Shown one piece after another: positions 1-6,615 of a DNA stretch of 25,062 nucleotides; positions within the stretch are counted from its first letter, which is position 1, and every line of letters starts with the position of its first letter. The notes beneath the pieces are model-generated. The model saw nothing but the letters and a program-made list of their open reading frames with translations. It did not search any database and had not been told where the DNA came from. This stretch comes from a virus (taxonomy: Duplodnaviria > Caudoviricetes). The DNA is taken from positions 1 to 25,062 of the IMG/VR virus record IMGVR_UViG_3300008009_000037; one strand, given 5' to 3'. A program made the position numbers and the translations under genes.

Positions 1-123
1 TATGAGTCTTATGAGTCTTATGAGTCTTATGAGTCTTATGAGTCTTATGAGTCTTATGAGTCTTATGAGTCTTATGAGTCTTATGAGTCTTATGAGTCTT
101 ATGAGTCTTATGAGTCTTATGAG
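1..123. repeat. Tandem array of the 9-mer TATGAGTCT (13 perfect copies plus a partial, truncated by the window edge)
   Basis: Read directly. Further copies lie at about 167-190, and variant TATAAGTCT copies at about 234-251. Confidence 0.97.
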
Positions 124-124
124 C

Positions 125-236
125 TTAATAAAACTTTAAACAATCTTTTCTTTTTCTTTCTTTTCTTATGAGTCTTATGAGTCTTATGAGTTTAATAAAA
201 CTTTAAACAATCTTTTCTTTTTCTTTCTTTTCTTAT
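125..236. repeat. Two identical 45-bp AT/pyrimidine-rich direct repeats (125-169 and 192-236) separated by 9-mer units
   Basis: TTAATAAAACTTTAAACAATCTTTTCTTTTTCTTTCTTTTCTTAT occurs twice with a 67-bp period. Confidence 0.95.
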
Positions 237-308
237 AAGTCTTATAAGTCTCTAAAGTCTAGGGTATTTTGTCTTTCTTTCTTTTTTACTTCAGCTTAAA
301 GAAAATGA

Positions 309-337
309 TTGCAGCTTCTAACTGGGTGTGGTATAAT
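309..337 (+). promoter_or_regulatory. Sigma70-type promoter with extended -10
   Basis: TTGCAG (309-314), 17-bp spacer ending in TGG, TATAAT (332-337). It is followed by a 5' UTR hairpin (GATAGGAG/CTTCTATC, 348-368) and the RBS AAGGAG before ATG 392. Confidence 0.8.
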
Positions 338-391
338 ATGCGTATGGGATAGGAGATGTACTTCTATCTCTCAAACCTTAAGGAGTAACAG

Positions 392-835
392 ATGGAAAAA
401 GTACAAGGCATAGCTAACTGGGCATTTGTAAATAAACCAAATTGTAAATTTAATGAGGAAGGAAAATGGATGATAGATGTTATCTGTGATGCTAAAACTA
501 TTAAAATTCTTAAGGAAGCTAAGATCAACTTGATTGAGAAGGACGATGGTCGTATTATCTTCCGTCCTCAACGACATGTCAAGCGTAGGGACGGTGAAAA
601 TAATCAGGCACCTGCTGTTTTCGACAGATACGGTAATACTCTTACTTGTAATATCGGTAATGGTAGTAAGGTAGAGGTAGCTTTCACAGTCTTCCCTTAT
701 GGTAAGATCAAGGGTAATGGTGCTGATCTCTGTGGTGTTAAAGTACTTGAACTTGTACCTTATGAAGATGGGGATAATGTAGCGGAAGCCTTTGAGTTTG
801 AAAAGCCTGAAAAAGTAAATAATATGTTTGATTAA
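392..835 (+). CDS. Single-stranded DNA-binding protein (T7 gp2.5-like OB fold)
   Basis: WAFV..PN, GKW.ID, P.VFD..G, IGNGSKV.V, L.GVKVLELVPY and an acidic C-terminus ending in ..FD; strong RBS. Confidence 0.85.
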   Translation: MEKVQGIANWAFVNKPNCKFNEEGKWMIDVICDAKTIKILKEAKINLIEKDDGRIIFRPQRHVKRRDGENNQAPAVFDRYGNTLTCNIGNGSKVEVAFTVFPYGKIKGNGADLCGVKVLELVPYEDGDNVAEAFEFEKPEKVNNMFD

Positions 836-866
836 TCAGATGTTGAAGACATCCAATAAGTAAATT

Positions 867-942
867 GCTACCTTCGTCTAATGCTTAAGACACCTCACTT
901 GTAATGAGGGAAATGTGGGTTGAAGTCCTACAGGTAGCTCCA
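867..942 (+). tRNA. tRNA-Thr (anticodon UGU) with encoded CCA
   Basis: Full cloverleaf: acceptor GCTACCT/AGGTAGC, D GTCT/AGAC, anticodon stem CCTCA/TGAGG with loop CT-TGT-AA, T stem GTGGG/CCTAC. The T-loop TTGAAGT is atypical. Confidence 0.9.
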
Positions 943-1024
943 CCTCATACTGTCTAAGACTCAGACGCCTCTTGAAGAAGCGCATCTGCTACCTAGAAGA
1001 TGTTCTAAGGGTGAGTCATCTTAT
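943..1024 (+). ncRNA. Putative structured or tRNA-like RNA between tRNA-Thr and tRNA-Ala
   Basis: Pairings seen by eye: GACTCA(958-963)/TGAGTC(1012-1017), CGC..CTTGAAG..GCG, CCTAGAA-GATG-TTCTAAGG, and an alternative D-arm-like GTCT/AGAC. No ORF. Confidence 0.3.
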
Positions 1025-1099
1025 GGGCCTATAGTATAAAGGGAATACAGTGGCCTTGCATGTCGCTGATGGGGGGTTCGAGTCCCTCTGGGTCCACCA
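1025..1099 (+). tRNA. tRNA-Ala (anticodon UGC) with encoded CCA
   Basis: Acceptor GGGCCTA/TGGGTCC with the G3.U70 Ala identity pair, loop CT-TGC-AT, T-loop TTCGAGT, A73-CCA. Confidence 0.93.
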
Positions 1100-1101
1100 T
1101 T

Positions 1102-1175
1102 ACTTCTATAGCTCAATGGTAGAGCAAACGACTTATAATCGTTAGATCTTAGTTCAACTCTAAGTAGAAGTACCA
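1102..1175 (+). tRNA. tRNA-Ile (anticodon UAU) with encoded CCA
   Basis: Perfect stems ACTTCTA/TAGAAGT, GCTC/GAGC, AACGA/TCGTT, CTTAG/CTAAG. Loop CT-TAT-AA (anticodon 1134-1136), A73-CCA. Confidence 0.93.
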
Positions 1176-1182
1176 CATAGCA

Positions 1183-1261
1183 AATGCCATCTCATAGATA
1201 AAGATGGTTTGAAACCATTGGAAGGATAATATCTTAAGGTTAGACTCCTCCACCTGACATT
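1183..1261 (+). ncRNA. Putative tRNA-like RNA or degenerate class II tRNA
   Basis: Closing stem AATGCCA/TGACATT (1 mismatch), hairpin GATGG-TTTGAAA-CCATT, variable-arm-like AGGAT-AAT-ATCTT, T-arm-like AGG-TTAGACT-CCT. Confidence 0.35.
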
Positions 1262-1288
1262 ATCTTTTCTTTTAATTTAAGGAGATTT

Positions 1289-1642
1289 ATGAATTCTAAA
1301 TATTTTCTAATCAGTACATCAGTTATGTTGCTGGCAATTCTAATTTTTGGTATCACTAAAGCTAACTCAGGAGTTTTGGCTACGTTCAATTACACTGCCC
1401 CTCGTACTGAGTTGGCTGGATTCCGTCTCTATGCAGATGGTGAGCTTATATGCTCTATAGCTGATCCTACTATAACAGCTATCTCTTGTGAAACTTATAA
1501 GATTCCTTTTGGTTTTTCCAATTTCACGATGACCGCATATAATGTTGAGGGGATAGAGAGTAAACACTCCCTCCCTTTTACTTACGAGTACCACGCCTTA
1601 ATCCCTTTGGCTCCTGGTATTACTGGGGTAAGGGGAAACTAA
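1289..1642 (+). CDS. Secreted protein with signal peptide and fibronectin type III-like beta-sandwich
   Basis: N-terminal K plus hydrophobic stretch ending A-N-S; LAGFRLY and FTMTAYNVEGIES.HS match the FN3 strand pattern; Cys pair; RBS AAGGAG. Confidence 0.65.
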   Translation: MNSKYFLISTSVMLLAILIFGITKANSGVLATFNYTAPRTELAGFRLYADGELICSIADPTITAISCETYKIPFGFSNFTMTAYNVEGIESKHSLPFTYEYHALIPLAPGITGVRGN

Positions 1643-1643
1643 A

Positions 1644-2456
1644 GTGGTAAAAGAAGTCACCAGTCTGATTATTGACGGAGATATTCTAGTATATGAAGCT
1701 GGTAGTAAGGCAGACGGCAAGTTCTACTTTTATCCTGAGGATGAATTTTGTACTCCAGTTAAGAAGGAGATGGATGTCTGGTGTAAGCTAAACGATCAAG
1801 ATCCTGCACTGATTGAAACACACTACAAGCCTGAGACCTTTAACATGGCTAAGACTTATCTTCGTGTACGAATAAATAATCTCTTCAACTTCTTTTTACA
1901 CCTTAAGACAAACTACAAAATCTTCCTAACTGGTAAGGGAAATTTCAGAGAGACTCTTGCTACTATTAAGCCTTATAAGGGTAATCGTAAGGACGTTCAT
2001 AGACCTCATCACTTGCCAGCCTTACGAAAGTATATGGTTAAGGAATATTTTGCAGAGGTGATAGATGGAGAAGAGGCTGATGATGCCTGTGGTTACAGTC
2101 AAACTAAGAGTTCTTGTATATGTTCAATAGATAAAGATCTCAACATGATCCCAGGTTTTCATTTTAACTGGACTAATAATGAACTTTATAAAGTCTCAGA
2201 GGTAGAGGCACTCCGTAACTTCTATTGTCAGTTGATTACAGGTGATGCAACGGATAATATCTTAGGACTTTTTGGATTAGGTGCTGGCTGTGCTCTCATT
2301 AAGCAAGTTAACCTTTGTACAGATGAGAATGCTATGAAGGCTCTTGTGTATCATGCTTATCAACAGAGGTTCGGTAACTATGCGAACCAATTTATTACTG
2401 AGATAGGAAATCTGCTTTGGATTCGTAGGAAACCCAATCAAACTTGGAGTCTTTAA
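1644..2456 (+). CDS. 5'-3' exonuclease (T7 gp6-like, FEN/PIN family)
   Basis: IIDGDIL, NFR..LA...YKGNR, EADD, SIDKDL..IPG, GD.TDNI.G motifs; GTG start. Confidence 0.92.
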   Translation: MVKEVTSLIIDGDILVYEAGSKADGKFYFYPEDEFCTPVKKEMDVWCKLNDQDPALIETHYKPETFNMAKTYLRVRINNLFNFFLHLKTNYKIFLTGKGNFRETLATIKPYKGNRKDVHRPHHLPALRKYMVKEYFAEVIDGEEADDACGYSQTKSSCICSIDKDLNMIPGFHFNWTNNELYKVSEVEALRNFYCQLITGDATDNILGLFGLGAGCALIKQVNLCTDENAMKALVYHAYQQRFGNYANQFITEIGNLLWIRRKPNQTWSL

Positions 2457-2550
2457 CTTATGCTTATCAATATTATGCACATCCTTTTCCTTTTGATGGT
2501 ATTGTTGTGGAACTAATAAAAGGTGGGGGGTTTAATGAGGATGAATATTA

Positions 2551-2742
2551 ATGATTAAAAAAGACCCGGTATTTGACACCTTCGTAGAGGATTACTGCTA
2601 TATACGGAACAGGGGATGGAAGGAGGCTGATGGGTTTGGCGAGCCCTTCCAGATGGTACATCCTTTATACGAGGGGGTATTTTCGATAGAGGAAGCTGTA
2701 AAGATAGAAAAGGATGTGGAAGAGTTTGAGCTACAGAACTAA
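2551..2742 (+). CDS. Hypothetical protein (63 aa)
   Basis: ORF in operon orientation with GAGGA upstream; no recognisable motif. Confidence 0.6.
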   Translation: MIKKDPVFDTFVEDYCYIRNRGWKEADGFGEPFQMVHPLYEGVFSIEEAVKIEKDVEEFELQN

Positions 2743-3154
2743 GAAGACATCTAATAAATATAAGTCATCTTTTGAACGAGGGATAGCAATCAACCTTACT
2801 AAACGTGGAATACCTTTTGAGTATGAATCAATCTCCTTGAAATATTATCTTAAACCTAAAGGAAAAAAGGGTAAGTGTCACGAGTGTGGTTCAACTCAAA
2901 TTTCTATCGAGCATACCTACATACCAGATTTTATAATTGGTAATTTAGTGATTGAAGCTAAAGGGTATTTCGATAGCAAGACTCGTTCAAAAATGATCTC
3001 TGTTAAGGAGGCTAACCCAACATTAGATATTCGTATGTTATTTATGTTTGACAACTGGGTAACTAAACTAAAGAAGCAGAGATACTCTGATTGGTGTAAC
3101 AAGAATGGATTCGTTTATGCTATTATGGTAGTTCCTGATGAGTGGTTAAAATAG
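2714..3154 (+). CDS. Endonuclease I / Holliday junction resolvase (T7 gp3-like) with a CxxC insert
   Basis: YKSSFE, FEYE, YIPDF, IEAKG.F, DIRMLF and Y.DWC motifs; CHECGS insert. Confidence 0.9.
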   Translation: MWKSLSYRTKKTSNKYKSSFERGIAINLTKRGIPFEYESISLKYYLKPKGKKGKCHECGSTQISIEHTYIPDFIIGNLVIEAKGYFDSKTRSKMISVKEANPTLDIRMLFMFDNWVTKLKKQRYSDWCNKNGFVYAIMVVPDEWLK

Positions 3155-3249
3155 TATGGAATACCTTATAGAATTTTTAATTGGTTGTGCATTCATGATA
3201 GAGTTGTTTCGTCTACATGCATGTGATATAGTTTAAGGAGGTAACAATT

Positions 3250-3522
3250 ATGAAATACCAGATCTCAGAATATGTAAAGGGAGGACATGGAAGGAAGAGA
3301 GGTTGCTTACTAGGGTATAAAACTAAGACAGGTCAGGTGTGTATTGGTTGGAGTCTTTATGCTAAAGGAAAAGAAAAGCTACCTTTTGATGCCTACATCT
3401 CTAAAGCTCTCGCCTACATAAGAGCTATCCCTATTAATCAGGTCCCCTGTGTACCACCTTCCCTTAAGAAAGCTTACCTTAAGTTTGAAGTAAGATGTAA
3501 GAAATACTTTAGGTTGATTTAG
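3250..3522 (+). CDS. Hypothetical basic protein (90 aa)
   Basis: RBS AAGGAGG; IGWS motif; function unknown. Confidence 0.75.
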   Translation: MKYQISEYVKGGHGRKRGCLLGYKTKTGQVCIGWSLYAKGKEKLPFDAYISKALAYIRAIPINQVPCVPPSLKKAYLKFEVRCKKYFRLI

Positions 3523-3687
3523 ATGTATACTCACTTAGAAATTATGGAGTTATTAAAAGATCGAGAGGATACCACTTCTATACTAGATTTACTTGACCCC
3601 GATGTAGATGAGTTTGTAGATTGTTTAGAAGATATTGTGTTGAGGAATCATAAGAAGTTAAATGCTTATTATATGGATGAGCTATGA
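3523..3687 (+). CDS. Small acidic hypothetical protein (54 aa, below ORF-track cutoff)
   Basis: MYTHLEIMELLKDREDTTSILDLLDPDVDEFVDCLEDIVLRNHKKLNAYYMDEL; abuts the previous stop and overlaps the next start (ATGA). Confidence 0.7.
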   Translation: MYTHLEIMELLKDREDTTSILDLLDPDVDEFVDCLEDIVLRNHKKLNAYYMDEL

Positions 3688-3839
3688 TAGATGAAAAATG
3701 TAAAGAATTAAAGCAAAACTACTTAGATCTAATACAGGATATTGTGAATACTCTTGAAGGAATTCTTGGACCTGAGAAGAAAATAAAGCTTTTAGTAGAT
3801 TTTGATTGTATGGAAGCTCACTATCGTGAGGAGGAGTGA
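3684..3839 (+). CDS. Small hypothetical protein (51 aa)
   Basis: MIDEKCKELKQNYLDLIQDIVNTLEGILGPEKKIKLLVDFDCMEAHYREEE; ATGA coupling with the upstream ORF. Confidence 0.6.
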   Translation: MIDEKCKELKQNYLDLIQDIVNTLEGILGPEKKIKLLVDFDCMEAHYREEE

Positions 3840-3846
3840 AGGTAGA

Positions 3847-4005
3847 ATGGATGCTCTCTTTGATAATCTAATCGATTATACTAAAGAAGAATCTGAACGT
3901 GAGTATCAATACTTCAACAGATTCTGGGATGATGAAGATATGTGCGACGATTGTGGAGAGGAAGATTGTAGTAATTGTCCCTTTGATGAGGATGAAGTAG
4001 CTTGA
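3847..4005 (+). CDS. Very acidic protein with a CxxC-x4-CxxC cluster (52 aa)
   Basis: ATG 3847 with GGAG/GAAGG upstream is preferred over TTG 3802; 20 D/E versus 3 K/R. Confidence 0.65.
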   Translation: MDALFDNLIDYTKEESEREYQYFNRFWDDEDMCDDCGEEDCSNCPFDEDEVA

Positions 4006-4142
4006 TTATCTTTAAAGAGATGCAAGATGCACTAAAGGATGCAAAGAATAACCTAATCTTTTTGTGTATGTGGTATGATCATCCTTTAAAAAGGTCTGGG
4101 GTTTATAAGTTTATAAACAATATTGATGTAGAATTGGGTTAA
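4002..4142 (+). CDS. Possible small hypothetical protein (46 aa, TTG start)
   Basis: Fills the gap exactly between the 4005 stop and the primase start at 4144. Confidence 0.4.
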   Translation: MIIFKEMQDALKDAKNNLIFLCMWYDHPLKRSGVYKFINNIDVELG

Positions 4143-4143
4143 T

Positions 4144-5793
4144 ATGAAAAACATAGTACGATCTGAGCCTTGTCCAGAGTGTCGTAAGAGTGGGAGAGAT
4201 AAGACCGGGAACCATCTCATGGTCTTTGAAGATGGTAACAAGTTCTGTGGAAAGAAAGAACACCATAAGAACGGCAAGGCTTACACAGAAATACTAGCCA
4301 CTAATAGATTTGAAACTCTTAATCATAACTACCTGCACTTTAATCCTCTCTCAATAGAAGAGATAAATAAATATCCAATCGTCGCTCTCCCCTCTAGGCT
4401 TATCCCGAAGGGGGTTTCTAATCTCTATGGTGTACGTTGTTCTTATTCAGAAGAGACTGGCGAGATAGAAGCTCACTATTATCCAAGATATTCTCTAGAC
4501 TCTATACTCTCAGGTTATAAAATCAGGACTTTACCCAAAGAATTCTCAATAGCTCAAGACAAACAACAACCAGCCCTGCTCTTTGGTCAATGTGTCCCAG
4601 GCTTCTTAAACAAGAGACAACTTGTAATCACAGGAGGTGAGGAAGATGCCCTTGCCTCTTACACTATCACAGGTAGGTATCTTACAACCCCAATCCCTGC
4701 TGTCTCACCTCCAGATGGTGACAACTTTAAATGCTTTGAACTTCCTGAAGTTGTCACCTTCCTTAAATCTTTTAAGACAATCTATCTCTCTTGTGATAAG
4801 GACGTAGCTGGACAGAAGTTAGAGAAGATGTTAGTTGATCTCCTTGGTTATGAGAAGGTAAGGGTTGTAAACTTCTCTGAACATGATGTGTCTGATATGC
4901 TAACTAAAGGTAAAGAGCATGAGTATATAGACGCTATCAATGGAGCTAAGGAGTATAAGCCTTCTGGTATTATTACAGTAGATGATGTATGGGAAGAGGC
5001 TATTAAGATGCCAGAGTGGGGTATACCTTGGCCCTGGCCTACACTTACAAAGGCTACCTATGGTATTAGGAGAGGTGAAGTATACTACTTTGGAGCGGGT
5101 GTTAAGGTAGGTAAAAGTGAAGCTGAGAAGCAGATCATCCAGCACCTTCTAAGTATGGACTTAAAGGTTGGTGCTATCTTCCCTGAAGAGTCTGCTCCTA
5201 TGTCTTATAAGAAGATAGCTGGTAAAATAGCAGGTAAGCAGTTTCACATACCAGACTCAGGATTCACACAAGAAGAGCTTATTGTGGCATTAACAGAGGT
5301 TAAGGAGAAGGTATATCTTTATAACCGGTATGCTTCTGTTGAATGGGAACAGATCAAGGAGTTTATCCGTTACTGTGTGGTTAGTAAGGGTATCAAAGAT
5401 ATTATTATTGATCCTATTACTTGCCTCACTGATGGTAAGGAATCTTCCGAAGCTGATAGACTCCTTAAGCAAGTGACTCGTGAGCTTGATTATATGACAA
5501 AGGACTTGTGGTTTTCTCTTTATATCTTTTGTCATCTTAATATACCTGCTACTGGTAAACCTCATGAGGAGGGAGGGTCTGTTAAGTCTGCACAATTTGC
5601 TAACTCAAGGGCTATGATGCGAGTTGCACAATATTGTATAGGGATAGAGAGAAACAAGAAAGCTGAGAATCCCATTGAACGTAATACAAGCACTTTCGTA
5701 TTACTAGAGGATAGGAACTTTGGTAATTTTGTAAAGTTTCCTGTGTATTATTCTAATGAGACTGGCAATTATTTGGAGCCAAAAGGAAGATGA
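4144..5793 (+). CDS. DNA primase-helicase (T7 gp4-like)
   Basis: N-terminal Zn finger CPEC; TOPRIM ITGGEEDAL and D-K-D; SF4 helicase Walker A GAGVKVGKS, Walker B IIIDPI, HLN.P...PHEEGG, LEDR.FG. Confidence 0.95.
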   Translation: MKNIVRSEPCPECRKSGRDKTGNHLMVFEDGNKFCGKKEHHKNGKAYTEILATNRFETLNHNYLHFNPLSIEEINKYPIVALPSRLIPKGVSNLYGVRCSYSEETGEIEAHYYPRYSLDSILSGYKIRTLPKEFSIAQDKQQPALLFGQCVPGFLNKRQLVITGGEEDALASYTITGRYLTTPIPAVSPPDGDNFKCFELPEVVTFLKSFKTIYLSCDKDVAGQKLEKMLVDLLGYEKVRVVNFSEHDVSDMLTKGKEHEYIDAINGAKEYKPSGIITVDDVWEEAIKMPEWGIPWPWPTLTKATYGIRRGEVYYFGAGVKVGKSEAEKQIIQHLLSMDLKVGAIFPEESAPMSYKKIAGKIAGKQFHIPDSGFTQEELIVALTEVKEKVYLYNRYASVEWEQIKEFIRYCVVSKGIKDIIIDPITCLTDGKESSEADRLLKQVTRELDYMTKDLWFSLYIFCHLNIPATGKPHEEGGSVKSAQFANSRAMMRVAQYCIGIERNKKAENPIERNTSTFVLLEDRNFGNFVKFPVYYSNETGNYLEPKGR

Positions 5794-5966
5794 GTAAGCA
5801 GTTATTGTGTAAGTGCTGTGGATGGATGGGGTATAAATCCCAACTAGATCATATCACAGACGATTGGTTAGCTTATGATGATATTCCTTGCTGTCCTAAG
5901 TGTGGTAGTTTTGAGCTTGATACAAATAAATGCTCTGCATCCTTAGAGAAGAGGAGACACTTATGA
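5790..5966 (+). CDS. Zinc-ribbon protein (58 aa)
   Basis: MSKQLLCKCCGW...CCPKCGS; ATGA overlap with the primase stop. Confidence 0.7.
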   Translation: MSKQLLCKCCGWMGYKSQLDHITDDWLAYDDIPCCPKCGSFELDTNKCSASLEKRRHL

Positions 5967-6145
5967 GTGAGATGATTAAACTTTATATCTGTTCTATGTC
6001 TGGTATGCATGGATGTGATGGTTGCCTACATAATGACCCTCATGTTTGTACAGAGGAACCTTGTACTGAGGAAAGCTATTGTGAGTGTGTAGAAGAAAAT
6101 GTAAGGTGTGAGGTAATGAGTGAAAAATCAAATTCTTGTGAATAG
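5963..6145 (+). CDS. Cys-rich hypothetical protein (60 aa)
   Basis: ATG 5963 has the RBS GAGGAG and ATGA coupling; 9 Cys plus 3 His. Confidence 0.65.
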   Translation: MSEMIKLYICSMSGMHGCDGCLHNDPHVCTEEPCTEESYCECVEENVRCEVMSEKSNSCE

Positions 6146-6539
6146 TATTCAGACACCTGATGGTACTATCCTTACCTCCTACTCTATTCATGATTATAAG
6201 ACTCACAAGGATGAATTGACAGGTGAGACTTATATGGTTGATGGAGGTACAGAGTATATAAGAAGAAACTTAAATAAAGTCCCCGCTGTAGATTTGTGTA
6301 TTTACTCTAATGATTCTCACATACGAATTAGAAACTATTTTACTTGGGGTACTTATGGAACCTTTAATGAGGATGGGAAATATATCCCTAAGGTCCAAGG
6401 TAGTTTGAGACGGGTTCTACTAAAAGATTTAGAGACAGACCACATTCAAGCAATCTTAGAGACTCAACATCACATCTCTGAAAAGGTGGTTAAGGTTTTT
6501 ACTGATGAGCTTAAGTACAGGAAGGAAAATGAAGATTAA
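6120..6539 (+). CDS. Conserved phage hypothetical protein
   Basis: TPDGTIL.S...HDYKTH...YMVDGG.EYIRR and WGTYG pattern recalled from other phage hypotheticals; GTG start. Confidence 0.75.
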   Translation: MKNQILVNSIQTPDGTILTSYSIHDYKTHKDELTGETYMVDGGTEYIRRNLNKVPAVDLCIYSNDSHIRIRNYFTWGTYGTFNEDGKYIPKVQGSLRRVLLKDLETDHIQAILETQHHISEKVVKVFTDELKYRKENED

Positions 6540-6615
6540 TTCTTTTTGGCGTTGCCGATATTGTGAGTGGTGGCCTATAAATAAGGAGGACAGGGAGAAA
6601 GATGAAAAAATATAA
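6529..6615 (+). CDS. Possible 28-aa CxxC peptide
   Basis: MKINSFWRCRYCEWWPINKEDREKDEKI, with AGGAAGGA upstream; overlaps both neighbours. Confidence 0.3.
   Translation: MKINSFWRCRYCEWWPINKEDREKDEKI

Noticed and set aside
1-251. CRISPR, TIGR-like guide array, or a (YES)n/(MSL)n coding repeat
   Set aside because: Units are contiguous with no unique spacers, the two interrupting blocks are identical, no Cas or Nop-domain gene is visible, and the open frames stop right after the array.
1203-1252. tRNA-Sec or suppressor tRNA
   Set aside because: The loop triplet is TGA (Ser), not TCA or CTA, and the acceptor and D arms are missing.
943-1261. Hammerhead or theta/HDV-like ribozyme next to the tRNAs
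   Set aside because: No CUGANGA/GAAA core or nested HDV pseudoknot could be traced by eye, and the tRNAs already encode CCA. Kept only as generic structured RNA candidates.
2444-2557. Small ORFs between the exonuclease and ORF 2551
   Set aside because: Two competing short frames (37 and 18 aa) without a convincing RBS; the sequence does not let me choose between them.
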